From assembly GCA_965248535.1 (NCBI GenBank), contig CBDFJR010000002.1:1376001-1440000 (forward strand): a DNA stretch of 64,000 nt, read 5' to 3'. The DNA comes from Phormidesmis sp. Lineage in GTDB: Bacteria; Cyanobacteriota; Cyanobacteriia; Leptolyngbyales; Leptolyngbyaceae. A model generated the notes under the pieces. That model was given only the letters and a program-made list of their open reading frames with translations, did no database searches and was not told the DNA's origin. A program made the translations under genes and the position numbers. This document shows positions 56,286 through 64,000 of this stretch, piece after piece; positions within the stretch are counted from its first letter, which is position 1; each line of letters starts with the position of its first letter.

Positions 56286-56588
56286 ATGCCAGGTTTTTTT
56301 GAGCGAGTATTTTTTGGCAATCAAGCCGATGATGATGAAAGCTTTACTGACACCAATTCAGGGATTCAGTACACGAATCACAGCAAGCAGGAAACGCTTG
56401 ATCATGCGGCGCGATTTGATGAGTACGAGGCCGGCTCTGATGTCCGGTCTAACGATGGAAGGCAGGCTTCAGAGGTGCGTGATTCGACAAGGTTTAACAC
56501 TGCTATCTTTGAAGTGGATGACCAGAAGTTTTACTTCCCAACTGAACTCGATCCAGGCAACCCTAGAAATCCAGCAAACAAGCCATGA
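56286..56588 (+). CDS. Acidic prophage hypothetical protein
   Basis: GAGG RBS; 100 aa. Confidence 0.7.
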   Translation: MPGFFERVFFGNQADDDESFTDTNSGIQYTNHSKQETLDHAARFDEYEAGSDVRSNDGRQASEVRDSTRFNTAIFEVDDQKFYFPTELDPGNPRNPANKP

Positions 56589-56737
56589 ACAGCCTAACCC
56601 GACTAACAGAAGTCATGCAGACTGAGACGACCCTTACCGCGATCGCAAAGAAAGCAAGGGTTCCGGTTTCGATGGTGCAGTTTCATCTCAAAAAGACGCT
56701 CCCATCTGGTAAGCGACTGATTGTAGTGAACGAATAG
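56585..56737 (+). CDS. Small HTH-like protein (50 aa, not in the ORF track)
   Basis: ATGA overlap with the upstream gene; MNSLTRLTEVMQTETTLTAIAKKARVPVSMVQFHLKKTLPSGKRLIVVNE. Confidence 0.55.
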   Translation: MNSLTRLTEVMQTETTLTAIAKKARVPVSMVQFHLKKTLPSGKRLIVVNE

Positions 56738-56841
56738 ACAGCGATTGTCCTTTTCTCACAACTTGGGAACGCACAAAAAGCCCCTCTTAGACCGATCTGA
56801 GAGGGGCTTATGATTAAAAATATCGCTGTTTCTAGACCATT

Positions 56842-57261
56842 ATGACCGACACACCCGATCAACCGACTAACTTGAGCGATCGTATTGAATCCTTATTAGG
56901 TCAATCGCAAGAGTCATTCAACGCACGAATGGATCGAATTGCCGAAAACCTTGAAACAAGTTTTGAGATACAGCAACGTCAGCACGAAAACACCCTATCA
57001 GAACTGCGAGAACTCAAATCAGTTGCTCAAGAGCAATCTCGCACCGCACATCAGCAACAAGAAACCGTCCGTCAATTTGTGGGCATCGTCGGTGAACTGA
57101 CCCGCACCATTGCAGAAATGTCACGCACCGTTAGCGACTCAGTAGAGTCATCCAGGAACGCCGCACAAGCAGCAGAAACCGCCTCTGTTTTAGCTCAAAC
57201 CAATCAGAACGCCATCAGAGACTTAATTGAAGAGATGCGAGAACGGAGAAATGGAGGGTAG
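56842..57261 (+). CDS. Coiled-coil hypothetical protein
   Basis: 139 aa, Q/E/A-rich heptads. Confidence 0.75.
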   Translation: MTDTPDQPTNLSDRIESLLGQSQESFNARMDRIAENLETSFEIQQRQHENTLSELRELKSVAQEQSRTAHQQQETVRQFVGIVGELTRTIAEMSRTVSDSVESSRNAAQAAETASVLAQTNQNAIRDLIEEMRERRNGG

Positions 57262-57349
57262 ATCGTCCTTTCTTCACAACTTGGGAACCTTAAAAAAGCC
57301 CCTATCAGATCTTTCTGGTAGGGGCTTTAACACGCTTAAGGAGACAATC

Positions 57350-57562
57350 ATGATCGACGAAATCAAAATTGATAACTCAGTCATCCCTTTCATGCCTGCT
57401 AAATATCACTTGGGGCAGAAAGTCACGGTTGATCGCACCGTTGGCTACATCATCGGCATCCAGCGCGAAAAGTATTCATGGAGCTACCTGGTAGTCGAGG
57501 GTGAACCACCTACCAGCGATAGTGATGAAAACTGGCAATCAGAAAGCGAACTTGCAGCGTAG
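57350..57562 (+). CDS. Small SH3-like beta-barrel protein (DUF1392-like, tentative)
   Basis: AAGGAG RBS; KYHLGQKV..GYIIGI..WSYLV..W..ESEL. Confidence 0.65.
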   Translation: MIDEIKIDNSVIPFMPAKYHLGQKVTVDRTVGYIIGIQREKYSWSYLVVEGEPPTSDSDENWQSESELAA

Positions 57563-57697
57563 ATCGCTTCATTCTCACAAAAGCCCCTCTTAGATCGGTC
57601 TAAGAGGGGCTTTTGTCTGGCAAGTTATCGCCATTAACCCGGTATAAACCGTTACTAGTGGGAATGTTTAGAGATGAACAGTCAGCCCTGAATCACT

Positions 57698-57994
57698 ATG
57701 TCAGCTTTACCCACTAGACCCAGCGCGATCGCCACCACCGAACAGGAAATCATGCGCCTGATGATGTATTACCGCGATGTCAACCCGCGCACGACTTGGC
57801 TAGAAGAATCTAACTTCACCATGCCCGTGGCCTCATGGGATTGGAAACCCAACCCAGAAGGACGGATTCTCTTTGTGGCCCGCGCCATTATCGAAGTCGA
57901 TTCAGCCCTTCTCAGCAGTGGGGTCAAACCGTGGATGAGTGCTAAAGAGGTTCCCGGCTCCGCTACGTTGACGGGCAACGCCTACACCACCTGA
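57698..57994 (+). CDS. Prophage hypothetical protein, putative structural
   Basis: 98 aa; first gene of the tightly packed rightward module. Confidence 0.7.
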   Translation: MSALPTRPSAIATTEQEIMRLMMYYRDVNPRTTWLEESNFTMPVASWDWKPNPEGRILFVARAIIEVDSALLSSGVKPWMSAKEVPGSATLTGNAYTT

Positions 57995-57998
57995 TGCA

Positions 57999-58697
57999 AT
58001 GAACTGGACACAGTTAGGCAAAAGCATCACGATCGCCTCACAGCGCAAGTGGACTGATACGACGGCTAAGACTTGGTTTAAGTTTGATTTCAACCCGGCA
58101 ACCGAGGGATTTTTAGAAGTCACTCAAGGGGATGGAAATCTGACGATCGGGGAACCGATCAACATTTCAACGGATAGAAGCCCGGTGATTTTATCCCTAC
58201 CAGTGCCGCTATTAGTCAGTCCACAAAGCAGAAAACTCGCGCTTAAATCGCTCCAAAAACTCAAGATTAGCATCTCTACTTTAGATGTTGAACCTATCAC
58301 AATCAACCCAGATTTAAGCGCAGTTGTTCAGGCAATTCAAACTCAACAATCGCAGATCGACCTCATCTCAAACCAACTCACAACCTTACTCACCATGCCA
58401 TTATTTCAATCCAATCCCACCGTTCAGCCGCCCAAGAATTCCGTCTCTGCAACGATCGCTAGCTCAACCACAAGCGTATCGCTGTTAGCAGCAAACGATA
58501 ATCGCAAAGGTGCCACTATCTATAATCGCAGCACTGCCACACTGTTTATCGACTTTGACAGCGCTGCAACAATTCTAGATTGTGCTGTGGCTATTCCTCC
58601 AATGGGTTACTACGAAGTGCCGTTTGGAATGCTCACCGCAATCTCAGGTATCTGGGATGCAGTCAACGGTAGCGCATATGTTAGAGAGCTAACCTAA
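57999..58697 (+). CDS. Two-beta-domain protein with coiled-coil linker, putative spike/vertex protein
   Basis: C-terminal domain (TTSV.L..R.G.TI.NRST..I.GIWD..EL) is paralogous to that of 63025-63705. Confidence 0.65.
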   Translation: MNWTQLGKSITIASQRKWTDTTAKTWFKFDFNPATEGFLEVTQGDGNLTIGEPINISTDRSPVILSLPVPLLVSPQSRKLALKSLQKLKISISTLDVEPITINPDLSAVVQAIQTQQSQIDLISNQLTTLLTMPLFQSNPTVQPPKNSVSATIASSTTSVSLLAANDNRKGATIYNRSTATLFIDFDSAATILDCAVAIPPMGYYEVPFGMLTAISGIWDAVNGSAYVRELT

Positions 58698-59308
58698 TGC
58701 CGTTGTATGCCTACGATAAACATGACACTTACACTCAGGCTATCAACTGGGAGACACCCGGTGAGATAGGAAAAACAACACCTAACACGGGAAAGTTTAC
58801 ACGGGTTAGTGTTGCCAATACTAACAATGAGATTAGTAGATTTAGTTCGTCTGCTCAATACTATGCACGGCTAGCAGTTGAACACTCTGGGAGTCCGGGT
58901 ATAGCGCTCTATCATGATTCAACTTGGGCATGGTCTATCTTCTCAGATAGCGTCCTATTGAGCAATGGACAGACTAATGGATATAGCTACGCCATTGTTA
59001 ACGAGCGAACCTCTAAAATGGTGTTTGCTATTGATGGCAATGTGCAAAAGGTCAATGTGTTTGGAGGGCTGAGAGTTAGCAAGGAAACACCTAACCTCAC
59101 CTTCACTTCACCCCCCTCACCCGGCGAAGGCAACCTAGCCGTCGAGGGGTTTGTTCAGTTGGGCAGGTTCACCCTCTCTACTCTGCCTAATCCCGCTAGC
59201 TGTGAGGGTGCGATCGTCTATCTCTCTAACGAGTCTGGAGGCAAGACGATCGCCTTCTCTGATGGTGCGAACTGGAGACGAGTTAGAGACAACGTTGTTG
59301 TTACTTAA
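58697..59308 (+). CDS. Fibre / receptor-binding-like protein
   Basis: IG.TTPNTG.FT segment; C-terminal TLP.P...GAIVY.S.E.GG...AFSDG.NWRRV.D, a motif I recognise from phage fibre proteins. Confidence 0.65.
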   Translation: MPLYAYDKHDTYTQAINWETPGEIGKTTPNTGKFTRVSVANTNNEISRFSSSAQYYARLAVEHSGSPGIALYHDSTWAWSIFSDSVLLSNGQTNGYSYAIVNERTSKMVFAIDGNVQKVNVFGGLRVSKETPNLTFTSPPSPGEGNLAVEGFVQLGRFTLSTLPNPASCEGAIVYLSNESGGKTIAFSDGANWRRVRDNVVVT

Positions 59309-59329
59309 ACGATAAGGGAATCGCTACAG

Positions 59330-61825
59330 ATGGCTAATTATCGCTTTGGTGACGGATTTCATTACGAAAAACCCGCCTACGAACCTACACCCTCGCAAAT
59401 TAATGCAGCACAGGAAAGTGCTAGACGAAGCGCTGAAGCAAGAGCACGAGTTCAAGCAGCACAAGAACAGACTGCACGAGCAAGAGCGAAAGCTCTATCA
59501 GATCAAATAGAAGCCGAGCGACCGCAGAGAGAAGCACAGCAGAGACGGAATGCTGAACTTCGGCAACAAGCACAACAACGGTCTGATGAGTATCGAGCGG
59601 GATTAGAAAGTATCAAACAACGGCATAGAGAACAAGATGCTAAGTCAAAAGAAGTTTATGATGCCCTGAGAAAATACCAACGAGAAGAGTACGTTAATCG
59701 AACCGCTCCTAAACTCGATATTGCCCCTGGTAGACCACCCGGCGAAAATGATTTTGATAGCTCCGCAAAATTAAGAAATAGTACGCTACCAGCGCCCGCA
59801 CCACTTCCCATCAATCCCACAAAAAATGGGGAAATGGTACACGTTCCTAACGCTTCAAAATCACCATTAGCAAGAACTCAAGGCCCGATCGGGCCTCAAC
59901 TCCCAAAAGCATCATTACCCAGCGCAACTAAAAGCGGATTTAAATTTAGCGGTGTTGGCATGAGCGGCGGCGGCTTAGGTTTTGATATATCGGAAGCAGC
60001 GGCAACGTCCATCGCCCTCGATTTTCTGAATTCAAACGGTAGACCTAACTTTCCTGGTTACAATCCAGGCAATTCTGACATTGAAAGGTTAGGCAGAGGT
60101 ATCAGTGACGCTCTGAGGAATTTAGGCAACTCTCTAAGTCACCCTAGCGATAGATTATCTGACCTTCTAAACTTATTCCCCAACCCCTATAGAAAGCACC
60201 CTAGAACCGACCCCCAAAATGAGGACGGTAGACCTAAACCTGTTCGCTATGTCTCTGAGTGGAGAGGGTTAAAGTTCTACTCACCCAACAACAAGCGAGT
60301 AGTGCAGATCGCCGCACCCCACGGCGAATATTCGCTAGGGGAGATCAAGCAAGATAACCCCGGCGGGAACTACGTTTTCTCCAGTCCTGAAAAAAACACC
60401 TATGCCATCATCTACTGGGATAACCTGCAAGGGAATAACACCGATGGTTATCAGGTCATCAGGGGTAGCAGCACTTGCGAGCCTGACACCATCCAACGCG
60501 ATCCGACATATTCTCCTCCCTCCTACGACTTGCCCGCGCTGCTACCACCCGGCACCACCCCTGACCCCGGCTACCCTCCCATCTTCACAGACGAAGACTT
60601 CAAGCCCCAACGGGATTTGAATAACGATCGGGCCCGGCAAGACGAGCAAGACAGACAAGACGCACCCGATCCAGAACAAGAGCGGCAAGACGCACGCAGC
60701 CCACAGCCCGCCCCCGACCCGTGGGAAAATCCATTTCCAGCCCCAGACGGAACGCCGCAGCCACAGCCTTACCCCTTCCCGCTCGATCCACCCTCCCCAG
60801 ACCCCACTAACCCGACCGACCCCTACCCCGACACAACCCTAGGCGATCGCCTGAGAGAGAAAGTAGATCGCATCAAAGAAAAGCTCAACGAGAGATTCCC
60901 GGCTCCGACCGATGGGCCGCAGGTCACAATCAACGGTGATCCGGTGCCCAGTCCCACTTCTCCCGCTCCGCTACCAGACACCTCACTGTCTCCGTTGCCA
61001 GACACCCGCACTAAATCGCCTCCATCGCCTACAACGACCAAACCGCCCACAGAGACTCGGCTAGACACAGAGACCGGGCTGACTCCCACAAAAGACCCTG
61101 ACCCAAAACCCGACACCCCGACACCCGAAAAGTGTAAAGACCCCTGTATGCAAGGCTTGCACGATAAAACGGATGCTAACTCTAAGCAGACTGAAATTAA
61201 GGTCAAGGTGTTTAAATCGTGCTCTAAAGCGGGTGCTGACGGCACGACAAAAAATGAGATTGACTTTGAAGAGAAGCTGGTGAAGGTGCTAGCGAGTGAA
61301 GCGGATGCCTATAGGTTGCTCTACAGTCGGATTTTTGCCCTAGAGTCTGAGCAGTGTGGCGATGTGAAAGCGATCGCCTCCGTCCCTGAGTGGTGGCAAG
61401 CTCGGCGCGGGGCAGACATCCCTCAGCTTGTGATTATTTTTGCCGAGCAGTTTTCATCAGGCAAGCTAGGCGGCTCGCGATGGAATCTATCCATCCCTCA
61501 TTACAACAAGGGCAAGGGGTCTAGACCCGCGATTCCCTCTTATAACAAGGGCAACTGGTTCGGCACCCTACGGCTAACGGATGGGTCAAAGCTTGGGGTC
61601 AATGCCGCCACATCAACCGAATGTAAACGCATCTTAAATCGGTTGAAAATTCACATTCCGGTCGAGTTCCGCACCAAAAAAGGCAAGGCGATTAAACCGC
61701 GCATTGTGGAAGACCCCACGGCTGATCTCAAAGAATGCAAAGTGACACCCGTTAGAGCCGATTACTACTCTAAGGGTCAAGCCAACATGAGGCCTGACTG
61801 GTCAATTAATCTCCGCAGCAAATAG
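59330..61825 (+). CDS. Large prophage protein: helical N-terminus, Pro-rich linker, basic globular C-terminus
   Basis: 831-aa uninterrupted ORF; function not recognisable. Confidence 0.8.
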   Translation: MANYRFGDGFHYEKPAYEPTPSQINAAQESARRSAEARARVQAAQEQTARARAKALSDQIEAERPQREAQQRRNAELRQQAQQRSDEYRAGLESIKQRHREQDAKSKEVYDALRKYQREEYVNRTAPKLDIAPGRPPGENDFDSSAKLRNSTLPAPAPLPINPTKNGEMVHVPNASKSPLARTQGPIGPQLPKASLPSATKSGFKFSGVGMSGGGLGFDISEAAATSIALDFLNSNGRPNFPGYNPGNSDIERLGRGISDALRNLGNSLSHPSDRLSDLLNLFPNPYRKHPRTDPQNEDGRPKPVRYVSEWRGLKFYSPNNKRVVQIAAPHGEYSLGEIKQDNPGGNYVFSSPEKNTYAIIYWDNLQGNNTDGYQVIRGSSTCEPDTIQRDPTYSPPSYDLPALLPPGTTPDPGYPPIFTDEDFKPQRDLNNDRARQDEQDRQDAPDPEQERQDARSPQPAPDPWENPFPAPDGTPQPQPYPFPLDPPSPDPTNPTDPYPDTTLGDRLREKVDRIKEKLNERFPAPTDGPQVTINGDPVPSPTSPAPLPDTSLSPLPDTRTKSPPSPTTTKPPTETRLDTETGLTPTKDPDPKPDTPTPEKCKDPCMQGLHDKTDANSKQTEIKVKVFKSCSKAGADGTTKNEIDFEEKLVKVLASEADAYRLLYSRIFALESEQCGDVKAIASVPEWWQARRGADIPQLVIIFAEQFSSGKLGGSRWNLSIPHYNKGKGSRPAIPSYNKGNWFGTLRLTDGSKLGVNAATSTECKRILNRLKIHIPVEFRTKKGKAIKPRIVEDPTADLKECKVTPVRADYYSKGQANMRPDWSINLRSK

Positions 61826-61998
61826 TCAGTAATTTTAATGAAGCCCACGATCGGATCAATTTGCCTCAGCAACACAGGAAACCTCCGTAATTATGTCTTC
61901 GCTCTTAGAGCGAAGAAAATAAACCGGGGTTACCCTTGGCACTTCTGAGTATCGGTTGCGTAGGGTTGTGAGTAGCAAAAACTACCTCTCATTCACCT

Positions 61999-62503
61999 AT
62001 GTCTGCAATCAGCGTCACTGGCTCTAGCCTCAAATCAACCACCCTCCCAGGTGCCCTTCTCGAAGCCTGCTCTATTTCTCGATTCTGCTGAGAAAGCTCG
62101 GAACGGCGCAAACCCCGGAATCACTCCTAAAAACAACGTCAGCATCACATTTTCGAGTGACGACGGCACCGCTAACATCGCGGCTACCTTACCCGTTGAT
62201 GTTTCACAGCTATCTGATGGTGGCGTGAAATATCTGCCTAAAGACTATCTGGGTGGCACCTATGCGGCCTTTACTGCTGGTGGCGATGTCACGGCTACTT
62301 CTCGCATGGCGGCGGTTGCTCAAATTGCTCAGATTTTGAGTGCGGCTGAGAAAGCGATTCAACCCTTAGAAGATCAGCCTAATTTCATCCAGGTTGAATC
62401 CTCTAGCGAAAATGGCACCATCACCGTGACGGCTGCTCTTCCGATCGTGCAAACCATCAGTTCTAGCGGACTGGTGACGATCGCCGCGCTCGACTACCTC
62501 TAA
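61999..62503 (+). CDS. Tandem-duplicated alpha/beta protein, candidate major structural protein; one extra nucleotide near 62068
   Basis: ATG at 61999 gives MSAISVTGSSLKSTTLPGALLEA, which joins ALFLDSAEKA; the two halves of the repaired protein align. Confidence 0.65.
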
Positions 62504-62534
62504 ATCAGGAAGAAACCTATAGGAGGTATAAATC

Positions 62535-62999
62535 ATGGCTGAAACAGCAGCAGCAAAGAAGCATAGAGCTAGAGGTCCGAGACAGCTTTTTGGATGGGGA
62601 ACGATCACGGTGACTCGTGAGAAGAAGAAGGTTAAGCACAACCCCTTTTCAACGATTCCTAAAAGCACGATGGATGCCTGCGGCTTGAAGATTGCCAAAG
62701 CCCCTGCGAGTGCAGGAGTGAAAACCAAGAAAGACAAAAAGGGGCGCTTGAGACTGGTTAACAGCCAAAATCTGACCAACGTCTCCTCTCGCTACATCAT
62801 GGTTTATGCAGGTGAAACCGACAACAAACAAGGGGAAGTCTGGCATCGGATCACCCTACCAACCGGGATTTCACTCGCTAGAGGAGCGTCTATTCTCACG
62901 GGTGGAGGCTCTAAAATCCAAAAGGTGAAATTCCCGAACGGTAAAGCCGTCCAGATTGGCAAGAAAATCACCCCGAAAGCGGCTCCTAAGAAGAAGTAA
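62535..62999 (+). CDS. Highly basic Lys-rich protein, putative nucleic-acid-binding core protein
   Basis: AGGAGG RBS; K/R-rich; ends KKITPKAAPKKK. Confidence 0.75.
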   Translation: MAETAAAKKHRARGPRQLFGWGTITVTREKKKVKHNPFSTIPKSTMDACGLKIAKAPASAGVKTKKDKKGRLRLVNSQNLTNVSSRYIMVYAGETDNKQGEVWHRITLPTGISLARGASILTGGGSKIQKVKFPNGKAVQIGKKITPKAAPKKK

Positions 63000-63024
63000 C
63001 GATCATCGCTGAGTAGCCCAATCA

Positions 63025-63705
63025 ATGCTTGACCCAACTGAATGGCGGCTACGCGGCACCCGGCTCTATGGGATTAGGGGCGATCGGTCTCCCCTAATCC
63101 TCTGCCGTGACCTCACTTCTCAACTCGTGCGGGTTGATGTAGTTTTCAAAAATCTCAAATCGACTTGGTATAAGGCGGGAACGATTCAGCAGGTGTCGGA
63201 TGGGATTAGAGCGGCTGAGAAGACCGTGCCGTTTGAGTCTCGCTACTATTTGTTTCCAACGGATTTAGCACCCACCTATTCGCTTTATTGGCAGCCCGTG
63301 CCATGGCTACCAGTGGGGCGCTTACAGGTGTGGGAGTATATCGGATTGATTCCTGATGCACTCCTTCATCAACTCGCTAACTTCTCTGGAGAGTCTCAAA
63401 TGCCTGTCATTACAAATCCCGTCGCTCGTGCAGCCACGTCACGAGACACTGACAAAGGGGTCAGCACTACGTCTGTTGTGTTGATGCCTGCTGAGTTACG
63501 CCGCGTGGGGGGCACGATCATCAATCGATCTACCATTGCCTCGCTGTCGATCAATTTCGGTGAAACAGCAACGTCTGCTGACTATCACCGCCTCACCCCT
63601 GGCGGCTCGATCGATATTCCTATCTCTTGGGTGGGAGCGATCGCCGGAATCTGGGATAAAGCAGATCCCCTCGGTAAAGCCGTCATGACCGAGCTACTGG
63701 GCTGA
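63025..63705 (+). CDS. Two-beta-domain protein, putative structural
   Basis: N-terminal domain with TWYKAG and PVPWLP..LQVWEY; C-terminal domain paralogous to that of 57999-58697. Confidence 0.7.
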   Translation: MLDPTEWRLRGTRLYGIRGDRSPLILCRDLTSQLVRVDVVFKNLKSTWYKAGTIQQVSDGIRAAEKTVPFESRYYLFPTDLAPTYSLYWQPVPWLPVGRLQVWEYIGLIPDALLHQLANFSGESQMPVITNPVARAATSRDTDKGVSTTSVVLMPAELRRVGGTIINRSTIASLSINFGETATSADYHRLTPGGSIDIPISWVGAIAGIWDKADPLGKAVMTELLG

Positions 63706-63742
63706 AAGCCCTTGAGTTAAATCAGTTCTCCTGAAGCACCAG

Positions 63743-63768
63743 GCGCGGGGTCAGTCCCGCGCTTTTTT
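63743..63768 (+). terminator. Intrinsic terminator
   Basis: GCGCGGG-gtcagt-CCCGCGC-TTTTTT. Confidence 0.7.
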
Positions 63769-63786
63769 GAATCATCTAAGGTCACC

Positions 63787-64000
63787 GTGAATAAAAATGA
63801 GTCGATTCTGTTTACGATCACCGTGCTCTCTTTTGGGGCTGGTCTGTTGCATCGTGTCTGGCTGATGTCCATGGCGGTTTCAGGAATGCGCCATAATCTG
63901 GAAAAACAAGACATCCGGTTGGAAAATCTCAACGATCTACATGAGGCCGGGTTTAATGGGTTTAAAGAAAGGATCGAACACTTCACTAACCGGACTCGCG
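63787..64000 (+). CDS. TM plus coiled-coil protein (3' truncated by window edge)
   Basis: GTG start; MNKNESILFTITVLSFGAGLLHRVWLMS..; open to the window end. Confidence 0.55.
   Translation, partial: MNKNESILFTITVLSFGAGLLHRVWLMSMAVSGMRHNLEKQDIRLENLNDLHEAGFNGFKERIEHFTNRTR

Larger units (their letters stand above)
56743..57614. repeat. Three related intergenic repeats with terminator-like hairpins
   Basis: Copies at 56743-56809, 57261-57328 and 57562-57614 share GAT.G.....T.TCACAA..AAAAGCCCCT..AGA..TCT..AGGGGCTT. Confidence 0.85.
51035..64000. mobile_element. tRNA-integrated prophage-like element (right end beyond the window)
   Basis: Integrase 135 nt after the tRNA, followed by excisionase, replication gene, HicAB, XRE regulator and a run of co-oriented hypothetical genes. 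Confidence 0.9.

Noticed and set aside
56050..56625. 191-aa alternate-frame ORF in the prophage
   Set aside because: It overlaps two better-supported coupled ORFs and has atypical composition.
56743..57614. CRISPR array or classical integron attC array
   Set aside because: The intervening sequences are whole genes of 230-450 bp, the repeats diverge, I see no attC RYYYAAC/GTTRRRY ends, and the integrase is phage-type.
51035..64000. Diversity-generating retroelement or retron in the prophage
   Set aside because: No reverse transcriptase motif and no adenine-specific repeat pair were seen in the window.

Overview
This is cyanobacterial chromosomal DNA: GCGATCGC (HIP1) sites are abundant, and psbD and apcE are present. 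A filamentous Leptolyngbyaceae-like host is my inference. Bases 1-51034 are mostly core genome, including porin, psbD, tRNA-Asn, apcE, ispG, pgk, lptA/B/FG, pilT, typA, sqs, clpB, mnmH, the 2-oxoglutarate decarboxylase/SSA dehydrogenase pair, bioD, prs, trmL and an M23 peptidase. This part also carries a bacterial ceramide-synthase-like gene next to an SDR, a REP-containing Y1 transposase, a MITE-like element and a candidate sRNA/sORF. From tRNA-Met (50962-51034) to the window end lies an integrated prophage-like element. It has an integrase, an excisionase, an iteron-bearing replication gene, a repeat-flanked hicB-hicA-hicB cassette, an XRE regulator with a palindromic operator and a repeat-punctuated small-gene array. 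Its putative virion module shows no recognisable terminase, portal, HK97 capsid or tape measure in the visible 13 kb, which makes it the best candidate for an undescribed system. Four genes show 1-2 nt frameshifts, so assembly indels are possible.
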